Shown one piece after another: positions 11,913-22,235 of a stretch of DNA of 64,000 nucleotides. Each line of letters starts with the position of its first letter. The first letter of the stretch is position 1. The stretch comes from Blastocladiella emersonii ATCC 22665 (taxonomy: Eukaryota > Fungi > Blastocladiomycota). The notes under the pieces were generated by a model, which worked only from the letters and a program-made list of their open reading frames with translations, did no database searches and was not told where the DNA came from. Made by a program: the position numbers and the translations under genes. Location of the stretch: positions 930,001 to 994,000 of the forward strand of contig JANHCV010000003.1 in assembly GCA_025594325.1 (NCBI GenBank), read 5' to 3'.

Positions 11913-12655
11913 ATGTCCGAGATCCGCCGCAAGCTGGTCATTGTCGGCGATGGCGCCTGCGGCAAGACGTGCCTGCTCATCGTCTTCTCCAAGGGCGTCT
12001 TCCCCGTGGTACGCTTCCCTCTCCTCCCCGCGGGTGCCCGAGCACCCGAGTGCTGAGCGCATGCATGTCTCACTCGCCTCCCACCGTCCAGAAATACGTG
12101 CCGACCGTGTTCGAGAACTACGTGACGGACGTGCACGTCGACGGCAAGCACGTGGAGCTCGCGCTGTGGGATACGGCCGGGCAGGAGGACTACGACCGCC
12201 TGCGCCCGCTGTCGTACCCGGACTCGCACGTCATCCTCATCTGCTTTGCCGTGGACTCGCCCGACTCGCTCGAGAACGTCAAGGAGAAGTGGATCTCCGA
12301 GGTGCTGCACTTCTGCGCCGGCCTCCCGATCCTGCTCATCTCCTGCAAGCGCGACCTGCGCAACGACGAGCGCACCATCAACGAGCTGCGCCGCAACGGC
12401 CAGAAGCCCGTCACCACCGAGGAGGTCCGTCCGTTTTCCTCGTTCCCGTGTGATTCGCGCTCGTGCTGACCTGCTCCCTCGTCCCTCCCCGTCAACTAGG
12501 GCATGGCCGTCGCCAAACACATCAACGCGTACATGTACCTCGAGTGCTCGGCCAAGCTCAACGAGGGCGTCAAGGAGGTGTTCGAGCACGCCACGAGGGC
12601 CGCGCTCATGTACCCGAAGAAGCAGCGGCGAACCAAGGTCTGCCTGATCCTCTAA
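11913..12655 (+). CDS. RHO1: Rho1/RhoA small GTPase; join(11913..12008, 12092..12424, 12500..12655)
   Basis: [61 protein letters not shown] and C-terminal CAAX CLIL; two GT-AG introns. Confidence 0.97.
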
Positions 12656-13116
12656 GGATCGCGCTGGCCGGTACCCTCCTACAATGATCCACCACCCACC
12701 CACCCTCGCTTCTCTCCCCCCGCACGCATTGCACCCCCTTCCTCTCTCCCTCCTCCCCCGCCGCTGTCTCGTCGCTCGCTGCTCCCGATGCTCACCCTTT
12801 TGTCCCACCTCCCTCCTCGATGTCCCCCCGCTGCTGCTGCTGCCCGTGTTTGTTTGATGGTTGATTGATTCAGTTGACTCGCTGGCCTCACCGCCTCCCC
12901 TTCCTTCGAGAACGGCGCAGTCGCCGCCGGAAGAATCTATCGCGGCCTCGATGAGGGACCCTTGGCGACGCAGCGGCCCGTGGCCGCGACCACGGCGAGG
13001 TGAAACGCGCCCCGCCTCCTTCTGTGCCGCCCGCCGTGGAAGATCTGCTTCCCTCCCATCCATGCATCTTCTTCGGTCGCGGGCTGCACCCACTTGACGC
13101 AACGTAAACAACACAC

Positions 13117-14084
13117 ATGGACTTGGACGGGATCGGGCTCGGCCCGCAGGGCAACCGGCGCGGCGAGGAGGAGGTCGAGGAGGACCGCATGGACGTGGAC
13201 CTGGCCGACCCGCTCAACGTGCAGCGGCTGTACCTGCAGGCGCACCTGCGCACGCCGTGCATGCAGTACGAGACGGCGCTCGGCGTCTATGAGCGGTGCT
13301 GTCACGCCGCGGGGCGTACGCGTGTTCTTCTCGAGTAGCATGCGGGAGGACCAGGGAACCAACGACTGAACGTGTAGTGCCGTTCGACGCCAACCACTAC
13401 GAGACGTTTCTGACGCAGGTGAACCAGCGCATCGACTCGCTGGACCTGTCGGTCAAGCACGTGGAGCACCACACGCGCGACGCGGCGTACTGCATGCTGG
13501 TGAACGCGCGCGCCGACGACATTGCCAAGCTGGCGACCACGCTCAAGCCGGCCGAGCTCAGCGTGTTCCGCGTCATCGTATCCAAGATCGCCGAGGGCAC
13601 CGTCGGCCAGCTGTCGTCCATGGAGATCCTCAACTGCGTGCCGTCGGTCGCGGGGACCACCATCACCAAGGCCGCGTTCCAGGCCTCGGTGCTGCCCAAA
13701 CTCGTGCACGACGCATGGCTGGAGGAGACCAACGCCGGGTTCTTCACGCTCGGCGTCCGCGCCCTCACCGAGCTGCGCCAGTACCTCCTCGACGCGCACC
13801 CGGAACTCCCGCAGTGCGTCGTGTGCAGCGAGGTCGCCCTGATCCACGTCGCGTGCCCGTCGGGCGACGCCGTGTTCCACCGCCGCTGCCTCGACACGCG
13901 CCGCAACCGCGCCGGCGCACTCCTCCCGTGCCCGACGTGCAAGACCGCCGTCACGCTCCCCGGCACGCTGTTCCCGCGCGCGACGCAGGGCGCTGTGACG
14001 GGCCGCCGGAAGCGCCCCCGCGTCCAGGCCGACGACGAGGAGGAGGCCGAGGGCGGCGAGGAGGACGAGATCGAAGAGGACTGA
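13117..14084 (+). CDS. NSE1: Nse1 (Smc5/6 non-SMC element 1) with RING-like domain; join(13117..13315, 13378..14084)
   Basis: Winged-helix-like region (VNARADDIAKLAT, LVHDAWLEETNAGFFTLGVRALTELRQYL) followed by CVVC...C...HRRC...CPTC; intron 13316-13377. Confidence 0.85.
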
Positions 14085-14461
14085 ACGCGGCCGATCATCA
14101 TACACCCGGGAATTATTTATTATCCGCGGCGACGGAGTATTATTGTGACGTCAGTCAGCTGACGCGCGGCCGCCGCCGCCCCCAACGCCGGCCCGGGCGC
14201 GCGGAGCAGAGGAGCGCGGACGCGCGCGGTGGTGGGCGTCGGTTGCCCCGCCCTTTGGCGGCCCCGTGTCCCCGCCCCCTCCCTTCTCACGCTCTTTCAC
14301 TGCCTGCTCCTCCTCTTCTTGTTCAACATCTTGCACATCTACAACGTATCACACCTACGGCCGTCGCTCCCGACCGCCCATGTATCGATCTCCAACGCCG
14401 CCGCCGAGCCTCCCGTAACACAGCGACCGAATTCGACGACACCCCCTGCACGCTCCCGACC

Positions 14462-15912
14462 ATGATGAACCTCGCTGGCGTGCACCTCGGCGACGAGGTC
14501 AGCCTGCGCGGGATCCGCGACATTGTGTTCCCCGAGCACAACGACCACGTCCCACACATTGCCATCGACGTACGCTTCCGCCGCCCGCCGCCTGGCGCGC
14601 GATCCGTTCCGCGGCTTCCGCACTAGCGAGAGTGAGCTCACACGCGCGTGGGTCCATCCCTAGATTGGCGGCAGTCTCGCCAAGGTCGCCTACTTCACGC
14701 GCCACAGCACGTCGAGCCCGGGCTCGTCGGCAGCCTCGTCCGCCGAGTCCTCGGGCACCGCGTCGTCGCTCGCCGCCGCGTCCCTCGTCGACGCCGCTGC
14801 CGCCGCCGCGGCCGTCGCCGCCGGCGGGCGCGGCAGCCCGATCGCGCACGGGATCTCGGGCGGCCGGCTCAACTTTGTCAAGTTCGAGACGGCCAAGATC
14901 GCCGAGTGCGTGGCGTTCCTGCGCCGCCTGTACGAGGACCAGGACGCCGCGGCGCTTCTCGTGGTCTCGTCGCGCTCGCCGTCCCCACCACCACCACAAC
15001 CGGCGGCCTCGAGCAGTGGAGGCGAGCCGCCAAGGGAAAGAGGCGCTCGCTCCCCCGCGCGCATCCTCCTCGCGACGGGCGGCGGCGCGCACAAGTTCTG
15101 CGACCTGCTCGAGCGCGAGCTCGGCGTTACTATTTACAAGTACGACGAGATGGAGTGTCTCGTCAAGGGTGCGCGTCATTTCGGCCTGCTGTCCTCTCCC
15201 GCCACCGTCGCTGACCCTCACGCAACACGTCTGTCTAGGCCTCAACTTCCTCGTCAAGTACGTGCCGCGCGAGGTGTTCAGCTACCGCGAGAACGAGCCG
15301 ATCCAGTTCGAGACCACGCCGCCCGCCGAGGCGTACCCGTACATGCTCGTCAACATCGGCTCGGGCGTGTCGATCCTCAAGGTGACGGGGCCCGGCGAGA
15401 TGGAGCGCGTGAGCGGGACCTCGCTCGGCGGCGGCACCTACTGGGGGCTCATGTCCATGATCGCCACGGGCCAGGGCCGCGCGGCGCTGACCTTCGAGGA
15501 CATGCTCGAGCTGTCCAAGGACGGCGACAACACGAACGTCGACATGCTGGTCGGCGACATCTACGGCATGGACTACGGCAAAATCGGGCTCAAGTCGACG
15601 ACCATCGCGTCGACCTTTGGCAAGGTCTTCAAGAAGACCCCCGACGAGCGCGCCAGCACGCGTATCAACGACGTGTCCCGGTCCCTCCTCTACATGGTCT
15701 CCAACAACATTGGCCAGATCGCGTACCTCAACGCCCGCGCCCACGGCATCCCGCGCATCTACTTTGGCGGGTACTTTATCTGCGGCCACCCCATCACCAT
15801 GCACACGCTCTCGTACGCGATCCACTTCTGGTCCCGCGGCGAGACCAAGGCCCTGTTCTTGCGCCACGAGGGGTTCCTCGGCGCCGTCGGCGCGTTCCTC
15901 CAGCACCAGTGA
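14462..15912 (+). CDS. CAB1: Type II pantothenate kinase; join(14462..14569, 14664..15168, 15239..15912)
   Basis: Spliced AID|IGGSLAK, ATGGGAHKF, DEMECLVKG|LNFL, YPYMLVNIGSGVSILKV, RVSGTSLGGGT, DMLVGDIYG, FLRHEGFLGAVGAF. Confidence 0.95.
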
Positions 15913-16037
15913 GGAGGATGCGCGGGGAAGGTCGGTTGTTGGTCGGTTGACGGATGTCTGTACAATACCATTGTCGTGTCGCTCGCTACGCTGAAAGCTG
16001 AGGCATAGGGCGAGAGAAAATACATATTCAACTACAA

Positions 16038-16263
16038 CTACGACTTGGCGCCTCCGCCGCCGCCGCCGCCGACGGTGCTGCTGCTGCCGCCTGCTCCGCT
16101 CGCGCTCGCGCCCGCGCCTGCACCCGCGCCGCCCGCGCCGCCTGGGCGGTACCCCGGCGGCAGCGGCTGCCCCGGCCCCGGTCCCGCAGCGGACGCCCCG
16201 CTCGCGGTGGTACTCGCGCAGCCCGTCCGCTCGCGGTACCGGTGGTCGAGGTGCAGCTTGCCC

Positions 16264-16294
<31 letters not shown>

Positions 16295-18912
16295 GCCCGC
16301 CGCGGTAGTGCGGGTACCCGCCGCCGCCGTGCCCGTAGCCGCCGTGCCCGTGGTACGCCGGGTACGACCCGCCCGAGTTGCGGTGCCGGTACGGGTCGCG
16401 GTCCCGGTCGGAGGAGCGGTGGTCGCGATCGGAAGAGGACCGGTGGTCCGAGCGGTGGTCCCGGTCACGGTCGCGGTCGCGGTGGTCCCTATCGCGGTCC
16501 CGATCACGATCCCGGTCACGGTGGTCCGAACGGTCGCGGTCGCGGTGGGCGGACCGGTCCCTGTCGCGGTCACGATCGCGCGGCGCGCTGCGGTCGCGGT
16601 GCCCGCCACGGTCCCGCTCGCGGTCACGGTCGCTGCGGCCCCCGGTCCCGCGGTCCCGCTCGCGCTCGCGTTCGCGTTCCCGCAGTTCGCGCTCGCGCTC
16701 GCGCTCCCGCGCCGACTGGTCGCGCGCCACGGCCGCGGGCGTCGTCAGCGGGAACTCGATGTTGATGTCGATCTCGCGGTCCATGCGGTCGCGCACCCCA
16801 CCTGCGCTTGCCCCGCCGCTCCCCGCCGCCTGGTGGTGATGGTTCAGCAGCGCGTCGGTCGCGGCCGAGATGGTCGCGGAGCCCGCGGAAACCACGCTCG
16901 TCGGGGTCCCTGCGGACGCGGTGCCGGCCGTCGTGGACGCGCCCGTGCCCGGAACGACGGTGGATGCGGCCGTGGACCCGGGAGCGGTTGCGGTTGCGGT
17001 CGCCGGGCCGGTGGAGCCCGCCGCCGCCGGGAGCGCGTGCCGTGACGAGGAACGCGGCATGCGCGACGTGCCCTCGCCGCCGCCTGGACGTACCGGGAGC
17101 GACATGCCCTCACCGCCCGGGCGCGTCGGGAGCGACGGGTGGCCGCCGCCGCCGCCGCCGCCGCCCGAACCCGGGCCCGGCACACCGCCACTGGCGCCGG
17201 TACCACTTGATGGGTACGCGGGGTACTGGAGCGGCTGCTGCGCGTGCGGGGGAGCGTGGTGCTGGTGCGAGTGACCGTGCGGCGGCGGTGGCGGGCGCGA
17301 GTGGAACCCGCGGGACTGGTGGGACGGCTGGGCGTTCGGGTACCCGCCCCGGTTCAGCGGCGGGGGCCCAAACGCGTCGTTCCCGGACCCGCCGTGACCC
17401 GCGGCAGCCGCCGCGCTGCGCCGCTTGTCCTGGCGGACCTGCAGCTCGTGGCAGTCCTCCTTGATGACCTGGATGCGCGACGGGTCGGTCGGCAGCGGGT
17501 GTGCCGTGAACCACGGGTGCTCGAGCGCGGCGAGCGCCGTCGGGCGGACCGCCGGGTTCAGCAGCAGCAGCGAGTCGAGCAGGTCGATCATCAGCTCGTC
17601 GGTCGTGAGTTTGTTGCGCGGGCTACAGGGAGAAGGGTCAGTCCGGTGCGAAAAGTGGCGGGAAGTCAGGGGGGAGCCGTACTTGTCGAACAGGGACCTG
17701 AGCAGCAGCTTGAGTGTGCGCGGGTACGGGTTGAAACTGACGATGCCGTCGGGCTTCACGACCGACCGCCACTGCGGCCACACCTCGTCGTTGGGCGAAC
17801 CGCACACCTTGAACACGACGTGGATCTGGTCGTGGTCGCTGGACCCGCGGAACAGCGGCTCGCGCTTGAGCATCTCGGCAATGATGCATCTGGAGAGTGG
17901 GAAATCGGCGTCAGTCGAGTTCCATGGTGGGATCAGACCGGCGAGCGTACCCAGCACCCCAAATGTCAATAGACGTGTCGTAGTGCGTGGATCCGAGGAG
18001 CAGTTCGGGCGGCCGGTAGTACCGCGTGACGACGAGACTGGTCATCTTGCCGCGGCTCTCGGGCTCGTACGGCCGCGCGAGACCAAAGTCGGCGATCTTC
18101 AGGATGCCGTGGTTGTTGATGAGCAGGTTGGCGCCTACACGATGTAAGTTTCGGGGGTCAGCGACAGGCGCACGATACGCGAGAAGGCGGAAGCAGCGTA
18201 CACTTGAGGTCGCGGTGCAGAATGTTGTTGCTGTGCAGGTAGTCGAGCCCGTCAAAGAGTTGCTTCGAGTACGACTTGATCTGGCCCATGTCGAACGTGA
18301 CGCGCGGGTTCTCGAGCAATCTGCGCGGCGGATTGGGTCAGCCGCACGGTGACGTGTGACTCGGCGAGGCGCGCGTACCCGCTGAGATCGTGCTCGAGGT
18401 AGGGGAACACCATGAACACGTTCATCTTGCCCTTAGTGTTGCTGTCGCCTACAAGCCATGGTAGCGGGTCAGCGGGCGCGTCGAGGCAGGGTGCGGCGCA
18501 CGGCGAACGTACGCTGGGTGACGACGTCGACGAGATCCACCACGTTCGGGTGCTTGAGCCGCTTCAGCAGCTTGATCTCGCGCATGGCCGTGATGGGGAG
18601 CTACGCGGGCGGGCGCCGAGTCAGCAGCCGGTCGACTGGCTGCGGCGGAGTCGAAGATACGGACCCCTTCGTTCTCGTTCTCCAGAAGCAGCCGCTTCAG
18701 CGCGACGATCTCGCCCGTTGCCCGCGATGTGCCCTTGCTCACCTCGCTATCGATCCGAGCAGGCAAAGTTGGTCCTCGTCGGACGAGTACAGGCTGCGCG
18801 GTGGGATCGCATACCCAAAGGTGCCCTCGCCGACCTTGCCGACCACATCGTAGTCGAACTGCGGTAATGGCGGAAGGGGCGGCGGTACGGCGGCGGGCGG
18901 AAGTGGTGACAT
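16038..18912 (-). CDS. BUR1: Bur1/Sgv1/CDK9-type cyclin-dependent kinase, multi-exon, with Pro/Gly- and RD/RE-rich C-terminal tail
   Basis: Exons give [77 protein letters not shown]; about 7 short introns. Start ATG 18912 is inferred. Confidence 0.88.
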
Positions 18913-19378
18913 GATTTCGGCCCGCGCAGTCTCACGGACGTGGGTGGTCGATGCGTGTGATTCCGTTGCAGTATGAGAGGGGCCGCTAGCTGCGGGAGCT
19001 CGATCGAGTCGGGCAGGGAGGCGAGGCACAGTGGAGGACGCGAACGACGTGGCCGAGGCGGCGGTCAAATCTGGGGGCGCATCACCTGATGGAACGCGTG
19101 ACGGGCGGCACGTTTGCGCGACGCGTCTCGCGCGCGAGACACACGTGATCCTGGCACTGATCGACCCAGCTAGTGTCGGCTCGACCTTCCCAATCCCTGC
19201 CCGAGTAGTCCATGACCATGAATCATGGACGACGACGAGCTGATCGAGTGCTGTGTTCCCAGTACCCGTCAACACGAAACGATTAACTCGCAGGCGGTCG
19301 AACATGGCCCTCACCGAAATTCATGGTCGTGGTCGCTCGAGCTTACCTCGTCACAGTGAACAGTGAAGGCGAAACAAG

Positions 19379-19423
19379 TAGTCTGTATGGTTTAAGGAGG
19401 TTCTGTTCACAGTGCCAAAGCCA
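19379..19423 (+). repeat. 45-bp direct repeat, copy 1 (copy 2 at 21827..21871, one mismatch)
   Basis: TAGTCTGTATGGTTTAAGGAGGTTCTGTTCACA(G/A)TGCCAAAGCCA seen at both sites. Confidence 0.9.
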
Positions 19424-19648
19424 CTCGCCCATGGACGCGCGCCTCGCGACGAATGTGGCGCGCCTCGTTCCCCCGTGCTTGCTTGCTTGCCTCGAGCGAC
19501 TGAGCCGAGCCGCATCGCTCAAAAGGACCCCGCGCTCCCTTCCAACTTGCTGGTCAGCGACTAACCGACCAACCATCAACCTCACAACTAAACGTCTCGA
19601 TCTGCTGGCCAGAACCCGACCCCATCTACACTCCTCAACTCCAACACC

Positions 19649-20434
19649 ATGAAGATCACCAAGTCCATCATCCTCGTCGCCATCGCCACGGTCCTCCTCG
19701 CCGCGACCGAGTCCGCGTCGGCCCTCCCGCTCAACCGCCGCGAGGCCACGGCCGTCCGCGCCTCCGTCGATGCGACCGGCAACATGAAGACCGAGGTCCC
19801 GCCGGCCGCCGCGGTCAGCGAGGGAGCCGGTGCTGGCACTGGCGCTGGCGAGCGCAAGGAGTCGACCGAAGGCGGTGCCGTTGGCGAGCGCAAGGAGTCG
19901 ACCGAGGGCGCCCGTCGCGAAGGTGCTGCCGAGCAGCGCAACGGCGGCGGCGGCGCTCGTAACCAGCGCGAAGGCGGCGCTCAACGCGAGGGCGGAAACG
20001 CTCAGCGTGAAGGCGGTGCTCAGCGCGAGGGCGAAAACGCTCAGCGCGAAGGTGGAAACGCCCAGCGCGAAGGCGGTGCGCAGCGCGAGGGTGGTAACGC
20101 TCGTAACGAGGGCCGTGCTCAGCGCGAAGGCGGCAACGCGCGGAACGAGGGCGGCAACAACGCGCGCAACGAGGGTGCTCGGAACGAGGGCAGCAACAAC
20201 AACAACAACAACAACAACGACAACCGCCAGCAGCAGCTGAACCGCCTCGGCACCGACCTGCGCCGCAACATGGACGACATGAACCGCTCGCTCAACGAAG
20301 TCGACCGCGTCCTTCGCAGCGGCAACGTTGGTGCCTCGGAGCTCGACCAGGTCGCCCGTGACTCGCGCGAGTCGCTCAAGTTCGTGCAGAACGTGCGCAA
20401 CAACCTGCTCGACATCGACAACGCGACGCGCTGA
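19649..20434 (+). CDS. Secreted protein with (Q/N)REGG(N)A tandem repeats, poly-N and helical C-terminus
   Basis: Signal peptide MKITKSIILVAIATVLLAATESASA, then LNRR (Kex2-like site); intronless 261 aa with strong codon bias. Confidence 0.85.
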   Translation: MKITKSIILVAIATVLLAATESASALPLNRREATAVRASVDATGNMKTEVPPAAAVSEGAGAGTGAGERKESTEGGAVGERKESTEGARREGAAEQRNGGGGARNQREGGAQREGGNAQREGGAQREGENAQREGGNAQREGGAQREGGNARNEGRAQREGGNARNEGGNNARNEGARNEGSNNNNNNNNDNRQQQLNRLGTDLRRNMDDMNRSLNEVDRVLRSGNVGASELDQVARDSRESLKFVQNVRNNLLDIDNATR

Positions 20435-20585
20435 ACGGTTCCCCATTCCTTACCCACAACTCGTCGATCGCGGCTGGCCCGGGCCGACGACCTTCTTTCC
20501 CCACACTGTACACACCCTTGACGAATATACGATTGAAACGAAACACTTTCTTCAGTCTTCAGGCTTCGAGTGTTGACTGAGTAAT

Positions 20586-21142
20586 CGCGGCGGATTGGGT
20601 CAGCCGCACGGTGACGTGTGACTCGGCGAGGCGCGCGTACCCGCTGAGATCGTGCTCGAGGTAGGGGAACACCATGAACACGTTCATCTTGCCCTTAGTG
20701 TTGCTGTCGCCTACAAGCCATGGTAGCGGGTCAGCGGGCGCGTCGAGGCAGGGTGCGGCGCACGGCGAACGTACGCTGGGTGACGACGTCGACGAGATCC
20801 ACCACGTTCGGGTGCTTGAGCCGCTTCAGCAGCTTGATCTCGCGCATGGCCGTGATGGGGAGCTACGCGGGCGGGCGCCGAGTCAGCAGCCGGTCGACTG
20901 GCTGCGGCGGAGTCGAAGATACGGACCCCTTCGTTCTCGTTCTCCAGAAGCAGCCGCTTCAGCGCGACGATCTCGCCCGTTGCCCGCGATGTGCCCTTGC
21001 TCACCTCGCTATCGATCCGAGCAGGCAAAGTTGGTCCTCGTCGGACGAGTACAGGCTGCGCGGTGGGATCGCATACCCAAAGGTGCCCTCGCCGACCTTG
21101 CCGACCACATCGTAGTCGAACTGCGGTAATGGCGGAAGGGGC
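20586..21142 (-). pseudogene. 557-bp duplicate of the 5' exons and introns of the CDK gene (copy of 18324..18880), lacking the start codon
   Basis: Constant offset of 2262 with identical ORF translations (18412/20674, 18449/20711, 18458/20720); breakpoints read by eye; the upstream kinase frame meets a stop before any ATG. Confidence 0.9.
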
Positions 21143-22235
21143 TCAAGCAATGCATCTGCGCCGCGCACAGTCGGCGCTCCGCGTCATGGTTAAACGACGA
21201 CGGTGCGCGTCCATCCCGTGGCTGCACTCGAATCTCGACTCGTGGTGCTAACGCTTGCCCATGCAGACCACAAGCTCGTTTAGGTCGCGGCCCTGGTCCA
21301 AGTACCGGGCCAAGCTGGCGCGCGCCCGCGCTGTCGTTCGCGTCAACGCCGATTTTGGCCTCGCCCGCCGCCGCCAACGCCTCAAGGCTCGCCCACCTTT
21401 GTCAAGACGGCCTCGTCTCGCCCGTGCTCCTTCCCGTGACGCTCGACCCCGTCCTTCTCGATGCTGTCGTATCTGACCAGCCGTTGGGAACATGGGCGGG
21501 CACCAAGTCCAAGATCATCACCTCGTCTCGCTCAAGACCTCGTGATGCAGAACCACTGCCGCCCTGTGTTCAGCCGTAGTTCACGGCGGCGCGCGGGTCG
21601 CCTGGTCTTCACGGCCAGTGGTGGCGGTTGGGGTGTGCTGGAGCAAGTGGGGCGACCCTGTCGCTGCCCAAGACTCTTCGTACATTCTACGCCTCCGCTC
21701 ATGGTGACCCGCGCCGCTAACAACCACTGGTATGCCCCATGGTCTGTGTGCCCCCGACGAGCGGCGCGGTGCGCAGTGGTTCTCATGATGAGGAAGACGT
21801 TATGGGATCCAAGTGAGAGAGATTTATAGTCTGTATGGTTTAAGGAGGTTCTGTTCACAATGCCAAAGCCAAAATACAGCCACAAAGCAGATGGAATCAC
21901 GAAATGATTGAAGTGGCTCTTGAGCGGCTGAGCGAGCCGCTGCGCCCCCGCAATGGTGGCGCAGCGTGGCTCCGCTTGCGATCCGATCAGTTCAAACGAC
22001 CAGGTCATGACGCCGAAGCTATTTCTGAACGCTCTGGAAGCTTCGGAGCGGCTTCTGGACCACGTATAAGAGGCGCGTCACCCCCGCATCTCAACTGTCC
22101 ATCGTCCACAACCTCCTTGCTGTGTGAGTTGAGCTCCACGGTCCCCTCCAACCAACCAACCCTCATCTCCCTTGTGGCTGGTCCACCACCTCCTTCTGTA
22201 CAGTTCCCCTCCCCAAACCACAACCTACCTTCGCC

